Below, piece after piece: positions 18,522 through 26,371 of a stretch of 48,438 nt of DNA. The notes under the pieces are model-generated. The model made no database searches. It was given only the letters and a program-made list of their open reading frames with translations, and had not been told where the DNA came from. Each line of letters starts with the position of its first letter. Positions within the stretch are counted from its first letter, which is position 1. The stretch covers positions 1-48,438 of the forward strand of contig CAZPWZ010000002.1 of NCBI GenBank assembly GCA_964590675.1, given 5' to 3'. The DNA is from an uncultured Draconibacterium sp. Lineage in GTDB: Bacteria > Bacteroidota > Bacteroidia > Bacteroidales > FEN-979. Both the position numbers and the translations under genes were made by a program.

Positions 18522-18807
18522 CATTCAGACACTTGACCAGTTCAAAGATAAACACTATGGCAAACCTGGTTCACCAAGGCGTGACCAACTTGACCTGGGT
18601 TATGAAAATTTTAAGATTGGCGCTTTGATTCTGGAAGCCAGACTGGCAAAAGGTTTGACACAGGAAGAACTTGCGCTGAAAGTAGGAACAACGAAGTCCT
18701 ATATTTCTAAGATTGAAAACAACATTAAGGAGGCTCGTATTTCAACTCTTCAGAAGATTGTCGAACTTGGTTTTGGAGGACAGTTACATCTGTCAATCAA
18801 ACTTTGA
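18502..18807 (+). CDS. higA: XRE-family helix-turn-helix antitoxin (HigA-like)
   Basis: 101 aa. Overlaps the toxin 3' end by 20 nt (alternative ATG at 18508). HTH LAKGLTQEELALKVGTTKSYISKIENNIKE. Confidence 0.85.
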   Translation: MKMKKDNIQTLDQFKDKHYGKPGSPRRDQLDLGYENFKIGALILEARLAKGLTQEELALKVGTTKSYISKIENNIKEARISTLQKIVELGFGGQLHLSIKL

Positions 18808-18880
18808 CCGAAAACCCGGAATTGCTTGATCAGCAGTTCAAATACTACCTCCAAAGTTAATGTAACTTTGTTGGTAAAGA

Positions 18881-19004
18881 GGACAGGCCGCTCATACTAA
18901 CCACATTGCGCCGATTTAGACCGCCCCCTTAACCGATTAACAATCAATTCACAAGAGGAGTCAATGTGAATCAGCCTATGATGATCAAAGCCATCGGCTT
19001 GTCC
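18881..19004 (+). repeat. ~124-bp TIR-bounded intergenic repeat, copy D (full length)
   Basis: GGACAGGCCG...TTAACAATCAATT...CCATCGGCTTGTCC. The two ends are inverted repeats of each other with one mismatch. 117 of 124 nt identical to copy E by hand count. Confidence 0.8.
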
Positions 19005-19107
19005 GCTGTATCCGTTTTTTCTAAATATTCATACAATTCATAAAGGGTAGTCATTTTGAAAAGACTTTTTCTCTTATAGTCCTTCAAAATGGGAAGGTTT
19101 GAAATAA

Positions 19108-19367
19108 ATTGACACTTTTACCATTCTTGGTATTTCCTCACAGATCCTTTAATTTCCAGGTGGTGGAAAATATCCACCGCTGTAACATATGCTCATTATG
19201 ATAACCTGAGACCGGGTGAGTTTGATTTACATTGGGATGGATCAAATCTTCGCCCTGGTGTTTTTATTCTGCAGGATGACGGCAGGGGGATACGGTACTA
19301 TAAGAAAAATGATCATTTTAATTTAATGGGAAACATGATTGTCTCCTCGGGTAAATCAAATATCTGA
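19108..19367 (+). pseudogene. Remnant of a T9SS C-terminal sorting domain (orphan 3' gene fragment)
   Basis: Open frame with no start codon reads ...DPLISRWWKISTAVTYAHYDNLRPGEFDLHWDGSNLRPGVFILQDDGRGIRYYKK... The L.pGe..l.WDGsnL.pGvf block resembles the T9SS CTDs of the three intact cargo proteins in this window. A stop lies immediately upstream at 19105. Confidence 0.4.
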
Positions 19368-19448
19368 AAATATGTAACTATTTGTATCTTTACTAATAAA
19401 GCAGCGACAGTTACTTATTAGAGTTTGTTTTCGGGGATTTTGTCATCG

Positions 19449-19456
19449 TATCTTTG
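19449..19456 (+). promoter_or_regulatory. Candidate -7 promoter box (TATCTTTG) of the LruC-domain gene
   Basis: Exact TAnnTTTG, 17 nt upstream of ATG 19473. Confidence 0.45.
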
Positions 19457-19472
19457 CCTCAAACCAGATTGA

Positions 19473-21506
19473 ATGAGAGCAATATTTTCCTACGCCATTT
19501 TTTTTTCAAGCCTATTCATTGGGGCCTCCATATTGTCATCCTGCAATAAAAATAATTCAGGTCCTGACAACCCCGGAACTACTTTTGACGATCTGACAGT
19601 TCCGGCCAATTTCAGTTGGGAGACTACCCGGAACATTGAATTCAGCATTTCGGCCCAGGACAACGCGGGCAACCCATTATCCAACGTCAGGTTTAATGTG
19701 TACACCGCCTCTCCCGATTCGGGAGGAGTCTATATGTTCAGTGGCTCTAGCGGTACGAATGGCTTGTGGGAGTCGTCGCAGCCGGTTGCCTCGTATGTAA
19801 CGGTCCTGACTGTGACTTGTGATTACCTTGGTTTGCAGCGTGAACAACAATACAAAATAAGCAATGGACGTATTGACGGGATTTTCGGCGGGGCAGCTCC
19901 CCTGCCTTCCAGCCTGAAATCAGGCTCATCAGCAGGATCGACCAATGTGACAAAGTTTGTCTATATGGGTGCCTACAACTCCATTGGGGTACCTCAATAT
20001 CTCGAACCTGTGAATGATGTGGTTGATGCCGTTTTACTCAAGGATTTGAATGCAACCCTGCCGGAGTACAAACCGGTTCCGGTTTATCACCCGGAATTTT
20101 TGGCTTCAAGCGCTCCGAACAACCTCGAAATCCTTGAAACTGCTGATGTATGGATAACTTACACAACCGAAGGTGCTGGCTGGATGAACAGTCTCGGGTT
20201 TTTTGTTTATAATACCAATAATCCCCCCCAATCCACGTCATCTATTGACACCGTGAAGATCATTTTTCCGAATATGTCGAATAATGGCAGCGGAGGTGGT
20301 TTATTCCCTGGTAATAAAGTATTCCTGGGTCGTTTCGCCGCCGGAAAATCCATCGGTTTTTGCCTGGTTTCGCATGGATGGAATGGGAAGGGAGTGTATG
20401 TAGGCAATGATGTATTTTATTCAATTCCGTCATTGAATCCTGAGACCAATCCCAACCTGAAGAAACATATGTTGATTTTAAAGGATGTCAACAGGCAGCA
20501 GTTTATGTTTTCTTTTGAGGACCAGAACCGTTCGGGAACCGTTGATAATGATTTTAACGACGGTGTTTGCTACATCCGGGTAAACCCTGTTTCAGCTGTG
20601 AATACCACCGGCATGCCTCAAATCCTGACCACCCTCACCGACCAGGACTATGATGGAGTTCCTGACAATACCGACGATTACCCTGCCGATCCAAAGATGG
20701 CACATAATAATTATTACCCGGGTAAAACCACCTGGAGTTCTCTGGCATTTGAGGATCTTTGGCCAAACAAGGGAGACTATGATTTCAATGACCTTGTAAT
20801 CAGTTACAGGTTCAACCAGATCACCAATGCCGATAACAAGGTGGTAAAAATTGATGCCACACTGATTACCGAAGCGATGGGGGCAAACCTGCAGAATGGA
20901 TTCGGTTTTCAGCTTGGTTGTGCCACTGCGCAGGTTGCAAGTGTAATCGGGACTGAACTGCGGCACTCGTTCATTTCGCTGGGCTCTAATAATTGTGAAG
21001 AGGGGCAGACCAAAGCTGTCATCATTCCGTATGACGACGCCACAGACCGGCTGCCTTATCCCGGAAGCGGATTGGGTGTAAATACCTCACCTGGGGCCCA
21101 GTATGTAACTCCCGACACCATGAAGCTAACCTTAACCCTGGCTGAAGCTGTACCTTTATCAACCATCGGAACACCACCGTACAACCCATTTATGATTGTA
21201 AACCTGGAACGGGGACATGAAATTCACCTTCCTGATCATCCGCCTACTGACAAGGCAGATCAATCGCTGTTCAGAACTGCCGATGATAACAGCAGTCCAT
21301 CTGTTGGAAGGTATTACAAGACCTCAAAAAATCATCCCTGGGCCATTCATATCGCTGAGAAATTCAGTTATATGAAGGAGAAACAGCAGATCCTTTCGGG
21401 CTATCTTAAATTCGCCGCCTGGGCTGAAAGCGGCGGAACGAGTTTCCCCGACTGGTACAAATCCATCTCGGGATACAGGGATGATTCAATGATCTATTCC
21501 CATTAA
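19473..21506 (+). CDS. LruC domain-containing lipoprotein
   Basis: 677 aa. Lipobox-like GASILSSC. Calcium-binding-like DQDYDGVPDNTDDYPADP followed by AFEDLWPNKGDYDFNDLVISYRF, which I recognise as the LruC-domain signature. A second DNDFNDGVCYI motif is present. Confidence 0.82.
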   Translation: MRAIFSYAIFFSSLFIGASILSSCNKNNSGPDNPGTTFDDLTVPANFSWETTRNIEFSISAQDNAGNPLSNVRFNVYTASPDSGGVYMFSGSSGTNGLWESSQPVASYVTVLTVTCDYLGLQREQQYKISNGRIDGIFGGAAPLPSSLKSGSSAGSTNVTKFVYMGAYNSIGVPQYLEPVNDVVDAVLLKDLNATLPEYKPVPVYHPEFLASSAPNNLEILETADVWITYTTEGAGWMNSLGFFVYNTNNPPQSTSSIDTVKIIFPNMSNNGSGGGLFPGNKVFLGRFAAGKSIGFCLVSHGWNGKGVYVGNDVFYSIPSLNPETNPNLKKHMLILKDVNRQQFMFSFEDQNRSGTVDNDFNDGVCYIRVNPVSAVNTTGMPQILTTLTDQDYDGVPDNTDDYPADPKMAHNNYYPGKTTWSSLAFEDLWPNKGDYDFNDLVISYRFNQITNADNKVVKIDATLITEAMGANLQNGFGFQLGCATAQVASVIGTELRHSFISLGSNNCEEGQTKAVIIPYDDATDRLPYPGSGLGVNTSPGAQYVTPDTMKLTLTLAEAVPLSTIGTPPYNPFMIVNLERGHEIHLPDHPPTDKADQSLFRTADDNSSPSVGRYYKTSKNHPWAIHIAEKFSYMKEKQQILSGYLKFAAWAESGGTSFPDWYKSISGYRDDSMIYSH

Positions 21507-21528
21507 TATCCGGTGATGTTAAATAATT

Positions 21529-21652
21529 GGACAGGCCGTCCATACTAACCACATTGCGCCGATTTAGTCCGCCCCCTTAACCGATTAACAATCAATTCAC
21601 AAGAGGAGTCAATGTGAACCGGCCTTTGATGATCAATGCCATCGGCTTGTCC
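21529..21652 (+). repeat. ~124-bp TIR-bounded intergenic repeat, copy E (full length)
   Basis: Begins 23 nt after the LruC stop. Same orientation as copy D and nearly identical to it. Confidence 0.8.
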
Positions 21653-21666
21653 ACTTGATATTGTTG

Positions 21667-21674
21667 TATCTTTG
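21667..21674 (+). promoter_or_regulatory. Candidate -7 promoter box (TATCTTTG) of the DCC-family gene
   Basis: Exact TAnnTTTG ending 5 nt before ATG 21680. Confidence 0.45.
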
Positions 21675-21679
21675 AATTT

Positions 21680-22081
21680 ATGACGAACGATCAACTTGTG
21701 ATATTCGATGGAGTATGCAATTTATGCAACAGTACCGTTCTATTTATCATCAAGCGGGACAGGCACAAGAGATTTTCATTCACCCCATACCAGTCCAGTG
21801 TTGCACACAATATCCTGCAACAATATGGATTACCCGCCACTGACCAATCAACCGTAGTGTATGTAAAAAACGGAGTTCCCTGTTTTAAATCCAAGGCGGT
21901 CCTGGAAATTTTGAGGGATCTGGGGTGTTGCTGGAATCTTCTTTACATCCTGATCGTCATCCCGCCGGTTATTCGCGATTTTGCTTATGATATCATTGCA
22001 AAGAACAGGTACGGGGTATTCGGCAAGCGTGAATCTTGTATGATTCCTACCTCAGAACTAATGGATAGATTTCTGCAATAA
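21680..22081 (+). CDS. Thiol-disulfide oxidoreductase DCC family protein (DUF393)
   Basis: 133 aa. The N-terminal LVIFDGVCNLCNSTV carries the DGxCxxC signature of DCC1-like proteins. Confidence 0.85.
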   Translation: MTNDQLVIFDGVCNLCNSTVLFIIKRDRHKRFSFTPYQSSVAHNILQQYGLPATDQSTVVYVKNGVPCFKSKAVLEILRDLGCCWNLLYILIVIPPVIRDFAYDIIAKNRYGVFGKRESCMIPTSELMDRFLQ

Positions 22082-22208
22082 TTCTTTGTTATAACTTCAC
22101 GAATTTCCCCAATAGCACGGTCTTTTCACCTGTCAGTCGGTGCGAACTGCGACCGTTGACAAGAGCCAATGAGTAAAATAATGACAGCAACGAGGGTAAA
22201 ATGATACT

Positions 22209-22252
22209 ACAAAAGAAAAGAGCCACTCACAATTTGACTCGTAAGTGGCTCT
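22209..22252 (-). terminator. Rho-independent terminator of the 22342..23649 gene
   Basis: Minus-strand hairpin AGAGCCACT...AGTGGCTCT (9-bp stem) followed by TTTCTTTTG. Lies 90 nt downstream of the stop. Confidence 0.6.
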
Positions 22253-22258
22253 TTATCA

Positions 22259-22285
22259 GGCTCCCCTTACTGCTCAAAGTTGCAA
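22259..22285 (-). repeat. 27-nt conserved box B1 (GGCTCCCCTTACTGCTCAAAGTTGCAA on the plus strand), abutting a terminator
   Basis: 27 of 27 nt identical to the box at 25474..25500. The first 8 nt (GGCTCCCC) equal the complement of the tRNA-Asn 3' end. Confidence 0.7.
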
Positions 22286-22341
22286 CCGGATAATATGTGG
22301 CTTCTGAAAAAAGATCAAGTTGTCTCCGTAGCGGTTTTCGT

Positions 22342-23649
22342 TCAATGGTTTACGACACATCGCTCTCTTGCCAGGACCATATTCCCTGAATATAACGCTA
22401 TCAGGTAAACGCCGTTAGCAAGGAGTGATATATCGAGATGGCAATAATCCTTTTCAGGTATAGGATAACGGGTCACTACCTTCCCGGTCATGTCCGTAAT
22501 ACTGATTTCGATGTCTTTGGAATCCAGCCCTTCAGGAAATTTCAGAAGCACCTGTCCGGAAGAAGGATTTGGAAGGATGGACAATTTCTCCTGTTCGAAG
22601 CGTTCTCCCCCTGCATTCAACACCCAGTCGAACTTGTAGATATCATAGGATCCTGATCCTACGCCTCCCAACCATCCCGTGGCTACATCATAAAATTCGA
22701 CGGCACCGTTGGATTCCATGCCCGACTGGAGTATCAAAAGTGTATTGAACATATCCGGCGTGAAATAAACATTCATTCCAATTCCTGCTTTAAAGGCGGT
22801 GACCACAAAACTTCCTTCCCATCCCGGTACACGGCTCATATCCTGTATGTAATAGCCAGCGGGAAAGGGAACGGTATTCCAGGTGGCACCCGCGTCATTT
22901 GTAACGACGAGAGGATCAACTACTACAGCTCTGTTCCAAACGGCCCCTTTCTGCTCTGTAGAAAAGCATATTCCGAGATCTGTAGTTAAACCGGGAAAAA
23001 CTTCATTGACATTCCAGGTTTGCCCCTGGTCAGCTGAACGGTAGCATCTGGCCTTGTTGGTGGTAAACCAGATGGAGTTTCCAACAGCGGAATAACTGTT
23101 ATACAGGCCTATTTCATCGGTAAGAGGGGCTGGGATATCAGAGGAGGGAACCCTGGTCCATGCACCTCCCCCAGTGAAGGTGCGCTGGATTTCAAAATAC
23201 CCGTCCCTGGGATCGCCCATGGCAATCCCGGTATCGGCAGAGAAGGCATGGTAAAAGTTAATGAAGCTGCCGGTAAATTGAGTTGTAATGATGTTGAACC
23301 AGGCGGTGCCGCCGTCCGTGGTTTTCCAAATGGAAGGGCCGCTGTAATCCATAAATACGAAAAAGCAGGTGTTCGTATCCCACCCGCAGATCGACATGCA
23401 TCCCGGAGTACCGGGAACAGGAATGGAATCAACAATCCACGAAGCACCGCCATCGGTGGTTTTTATGGAAAATGCGCAGGGCAAACCACTCCCATGGATA
23501 GTTCCTACCCACATGTGATCAGGATCCACGATGGAGTAGTAATAGGGCCAGTAACCTGTACCTGGATAATTCAGCGGTTGAGGCACAAATTGACCCGTGC
23601 AGAACAATGCAATGCAAAAAAAAATGCATGTTAAAACTTCGCGTTTCAT
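22342..23649 (-). CDS. T9SS-secreted BNR/Asp-box beta-propeller protein (Sortilin/Ycf48-like repeats)
   Basis: 435 aa with a signal peptide. Asp-boxes TTDGGASW, TTDGGTAW, TFTGGGAW, SADQGQTW, TNDAGATW. C-terminal T9SS sorting domain LSILPNPSSGQVLLKF...LANGVYLIAL. Confidence 0.88.
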   Translation of the reverse strand: MKREVLTCIFFCIALFCTGQFVPQPLNYPGTGYWPYYYSIVDPDHMWVGTIHGSGLPCAFSIKTTDGGASWIVDSIPVPGTPGCMSICGWDTNTCFFVFMDYSGPSIWKTTDGGTAWFNIITTQFTGSFINFYHAFSADTGIAMGDPRDGYFEIQRTFTGGGAWTRVPSSDIPAPLTDEIGLYNSYSAVGNSIWFTTNKARCYRSADQGQTWNVNEVFPGLTTDLGICFSTEQKGAVWNRAVVVDPLVVTNDAGATWNTVPFPAGYYIQDMSRVPGWEGSFVVTAFKAGIGMNVYFTPDMFNTLLILQSGMESNGAVEFYDVATGWLGGVGSGSYDIYKFDWVLNAGGERFEQEKLSILPNPSSGQVLLKFPEGLDSKDIEISITDMTGKVVTRYPIPEKDYCHLDISLLANGVYLIALYSGNMVLARERCVVNH

Positions 23650-23798
23650 GGCTTTTTTTGTTGGATGGACGTTTGTTCTCGGAATAATATGTGATCAGAT
23701 TCTACCCCGGATATCCTGTCGTGAAAGGCGAGAGGTGGCGGTCATCAGACAGAGGGGACAAAGACAAACCATTTGCGGCAGTTCCCCGGAACATCTTT

Positions 23799-23806
23799 CA
23801 AATATA
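23799..23806 (-). promoter_or_regulatory. Candidate -7 promoter box for the 22342..23649 gene
   Basis: Plus strand CAAATATA, 150 nt upstream of the start. It is distant, so this is weak. Confidence 0.3.
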
Positions 23807-23952
23807 CGACAAAATGAGCGCAAAGTCAAGGTTTTTACGACTATTGCAGATGATGTCCAATGAGTAGGATTTCATGGTCTCTTTGTTGGTAATCCTGCCG
23901 AAGGGTTGGGGGTAACTTCTCGGTCTTTGTTTGTACTTCTATTGGTACTCAT

Positions 23953-23988
23953 GAAAAAAGCCACTCCGCTAATTTTGCGAAAGTGGCT
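23953..23988 (-). terminator. Rho-independent terminator of the CPBP protease gene
   Basis: Minus-strand hairpin AGCCACTTTCGC...GCGGAGTGGCT followed by TTTTTT. The stem sequence AGCCACT/AGTGGCT is shared with the 22209..22252 terminator. Confidence 0.6.
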
Positions 23989-23996
23989 GATTTCCT

Positions 23997-24023
23997 GGCT
24001 CCCCTTACTTGCGGAAGCTGCAG
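23997..24023 (-). repeat. 27-nt conserved box B2 (GGCTCCCCTTACTTGCGGAAGCTGCAG), abutting a terminator
   Basis: The first 13 nt are identical to B1 and B3 and the rest is partly conserved. Same orientation and same position relative to a terminator hairpin. Confidence 0.6.
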
Positions 24024-24110
24024 AAACCTGACTTCCTTCCTACAGATATAAAGTGTTCATATTTATAGCATTCGGTTATGCAGCCGGAGATTGCAGGACT
24101 ATCTATTTTT

Positions 24111-24974
24111 TCATGACAGTTCAGTCACAATTGCATTCCTTTTCCCTTGCCGGATAAGGGCCGGGACAAAGAAAGCGGAAGAAAGCCAGAGCATCAATGC
24201 GAACCATGGCAGGGTAAATAAGGGATCGACAAGGCCGGTGATGCCCTTTACCCATTCATAGGAAGCATTGCTGGCTCCGTGGAAGAGGATCATGAGGACG
24301 AGGCTGCCGTTTGTCTTATTGAACAGGTAAACCGTTACCATTGTGGCCGGTACGGAGATCAGGATACGCAAGCCCATATCGGGGAGAAAACTGCTGAGGA
24401 ATCCCTGCAGGTCACGGTTAAGGAGAAAGCCAATATCGGGGGTCCTCAGGTGCCAGAAGCTGATTATGAAAGCCAGGCCAAGGGCACTGATCAGAACGGA
24501 AAGCCTCGACTGCAGCCGGGGCAGGAGAAATCCTCTCCAGCCGATCTCCTCTCCAAGTCCGGTCAGGAGGGATAAAAGAATGGTGTTCAGGATGAAATCC
24601 TTCAGTCCGACGAACCAGACTTTTGTGCCTGGCAACAAAGGCGATGAACCAAACAGGTACGAAGAAAGAACAATGACAAGGAACATGATCAATTCAAAAA
24701 ACAGGGCAAAAATGTACCACTTGTGGTGGAATTGAAAATGGACCAGGTTTTTTAATAAAGCGTATACACCTTTTCTTCCGGCTGTTGCAAATATCATGAT
24801 CAAGCCGGCGATTGTAGGGCCGAATTGAGCAAGCAATTGAAATATCCCAAGAGGGATATCATGTCCGATCCGCCCGGTATCATGAAGGGAAATGAAGAAC
24901 TTGCTGCCCCACGATATCAGGTAGGTCAGGATGCAGAAAAAAAAGATTCGATATTTCACATAACCCGGTTTCAA
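24111..24974 (-). CDS. CPBP family intramembrane glutamic endopeptidase (CAAX protease/Abi-like)
   Basis: 287 aa, multi-pass. Motifs GLGEEIGWRGFLLPRL (EExxxR), FWHL and LFHGASN match the three conserved CPBP motifs. Confidence 0.9.
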   Translation of the reverse strand: MKPGYVKYRIFFFCILTYLISWGSKFFISLHDTGRIGHDIPLGIFQLLAQFGPTIAGLIMIFATAGRKGVYALLKNLVHFQFHHKWYIFALFFELIMFLVIVLSSYLFGSSPLLPGTKVWFVGLKDFILNTILLSLLTGLGEEIGWRGFLLPRLQSRLSVLISALGLAFIISFWHLRTPDIGFLLNRDLQGFLSSFLPDMGLRILISVPATMVTVYLFNKTNGSLVLMILFHGASNASYEWVKGITGLVDPLFTLPWFALMLWLSSAFFVPALIRQGKRNAIVTELS

Positions 24975-25432
24975 CAGAGATGATTTTTTTGCACCTCCGG
25001 ATAAAGATACGCTTTACTTCCTTCACCATAAAACGACCGTGCAACTAATTCCGGCGAATCCCAGGAAATCAGACTGTTTTATCCACTTGTGCACATTATG
25101 CGAAATATACAAAGAGAATAATGGAGATCGATGGAAAATAGTTGGTCTTACATTCTTGCCCCCCTCCTGTTCCGTAATAGCCTTGTTGAAAAACACCCTT
25201 AATGGACTTCAACAGGAAATGACTCCGTATATAAATTATGTAAGTCGCTTATTACCTATGTTTTAGAATCTCGTGGGGTATTGCATGAAGGTGGATGGAG
25301 TGACTAAAAACAAGATACTGTGCTGCATCTTTGACAGAAAACTCGTTTTGGAGAATGGAAGAGTTGCAGCAACTCCGTTTTCACCTGCGGTTCAGGTTTT
25401 ACTTAATATTACCAATAGATTCCAGCGGGTGG

Positions 25433-25466
25433 GAAAAAAAGAAAGAGGTCAAATTTGACCTCTTTT
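25433..25466 (-). terminator. Perfect palindromic hairpin with flanking A/T runs (orphan terminator next to box B3)
   Basis: AAAGAGGTCAAATTTGACCTCTTT is a perfect palindrome. On the minus strand it is followed by TTTTTTT. No minus-strand gene lies immediately upstream of it. Confidence 0.5.
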
Positions 25467-25473
25467 CTGAATT

Positions 25474-25500
25474 GGCTCCCCTTACTGCTCAAAGTTGCAA
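25474..25500 (-). repeat. 27-nt conserved box B3 (GGCTCCCCTTACTGCTCAAAGTTGCAA), abutting a terminator
   Basis: Identical to B1. Confidence 0.7.
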
Positions 25501-25548
25501 TAGGGTCGCTGTTCCAGTAATTTTATTGACAAACAATTTCTTTTGAAA

Positions 25549-25556
25549 TAACTTTG
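25549..25556 (+). promoter_or_regulatory. Candidate -7 promoter box (TAACTTTG) of the 25575..26171 gene
   Basis: Exact TAnnTTTG, 19 nt upstream of ATG 25575. It overlaps the TTG start used by the ORF track, which is therefore rejected. Confidence 0.45.
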
Positions 25557-25574
25557 TGGGAAATGTCAGCAGTA

Positions 25575-26171
25575 ATGAAAAAAATCTTTTTTACTTTCAT
25601 TATCATTATTTCCGGGGCATTATCGATTTACCCCCAGGGATTTACTCCTCCTTCACCAGGCAAAGCAGTAATCTATTTTGTACGGACAAAATCATATTAT
25701 TATGAGAACATTCAGTATTTTGACAATAACAGGTATATCGGGGAATTGAATGCAAAAGGATTTTTACGGTATGAATGCGACACGGCGCAACATCTTTTCT
25801 GGATATTTACATCCAGGGAAAATTTTGTAATTGCTCATCTTCAGGAGGGAAGAACATATATTGTGAATTATCTGGTCAAAGGCCATGGTCTTGGCTTTAT
25901 ATCTCCCATTGCATCTATGGCGGTATCGTATAACCAGTTTAACCTTATTCCACTGGCTCCCGACTATCAGGAACTCCTGAACGAATCCAAAAAGGTTATT
26001 CAAAAAAATAAGCCGGTAGTGATCCCGGAAAAGGAAATTTCCCGGATAAATAAGGAAATGAAAATAAGCATTGACAGTGTGCTGGGTCATTTTAATAAAA
26101 ATGGAAAGTATAAAGGGCGCTTCCTTTTGCTCCTCCCGGAAATGGCAATTCCATTAAATGCCCTGCAGTAA
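25575..26171 (+). CDS. Secreted hypothetical protein, DUF2846-like
   Basis: Start MKKIFFTFIIIISGALSIYPQ (signal peptide). KAVIYFVRTKSYYY...FDNNRYIGELNAKGFLRYECDTAQHLFW resembles the DUF2846 pattern (a.vYvyR...vdg..ig.l....y....pG.h). Confidence 0.65.
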   Translation: MKKIFFTFIIIISGALSIYPQGFTPPSPGKAVIYFVRTKSYYYENIQYFDNNRYIGELNAKGFLRYECDTAQHLFWIFTSRENFVIAHLQEGRTYIVNYLVKGHGLGFISPIASMAVSYNQFNLIPLAPDYQELLNESKKVIQKNKPVVIPEKEISRINKEMKISIDSVLGHFNKNGKYKGRFLLLLPEMAIPLNALQ

Positions 26172-26267
26172 TAGGTTGGATACGACGCTCTAATTGACAC
26201 CCATTGGCCCGTCCAAATTGATTACCCCTCGGCTGATTTGAAGTGCCTCCTGATAAAGATGCAACCT

Positions 26268-26299
26268 CGAAACCTCTTCATCGATAGAGGATTTCGTTT
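26268..26299 (+). terminator. Possible rho-independent terminator downstream of 25575..26171
   Basis: Hairpin CGAAACCTCT...AGAGGATTTCG (10-bp stem with one bulge) followed by TTT. Lies about 100 nt after the stop. Confidence 0.3.
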
Positions 26300-26371
26300 A
26301 CCAAACGGCTCTTTATGAAGAAGATCATATTTAAACCGAGAAAAGTTGCAACCACTGAATCCCATATCAAT

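Noticed and set aside
25501-25510. TAGGGTCGCT next to box B3 is the inverted complement of AGCGACCCT from the tRNA-Asn T-arm/variable region
   Set aside because: This is only a 9-nt match in the wrong orientation for an att duplication, found after the fact. It is likely coincidence and is not used as evidence.
25039-25546. Three short plus-strand ORFs (61-75 aa) in the 600-bp gap upstream of 25575
   Set aside because: They overlap one another in different frames, have no motifs or promoter boxes, and run through the box B3/terminator unit.
26172-26260. Possible additional degenerate copy of the 124-bp repeat (TAATTGACACCC...CCAAATTGATTACCC), and a similar weak match at 14040-14140
   Set aside because: Only short words are shared, with no recognisable termini or collinear block order. 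This is below what I can support without an alignment program.
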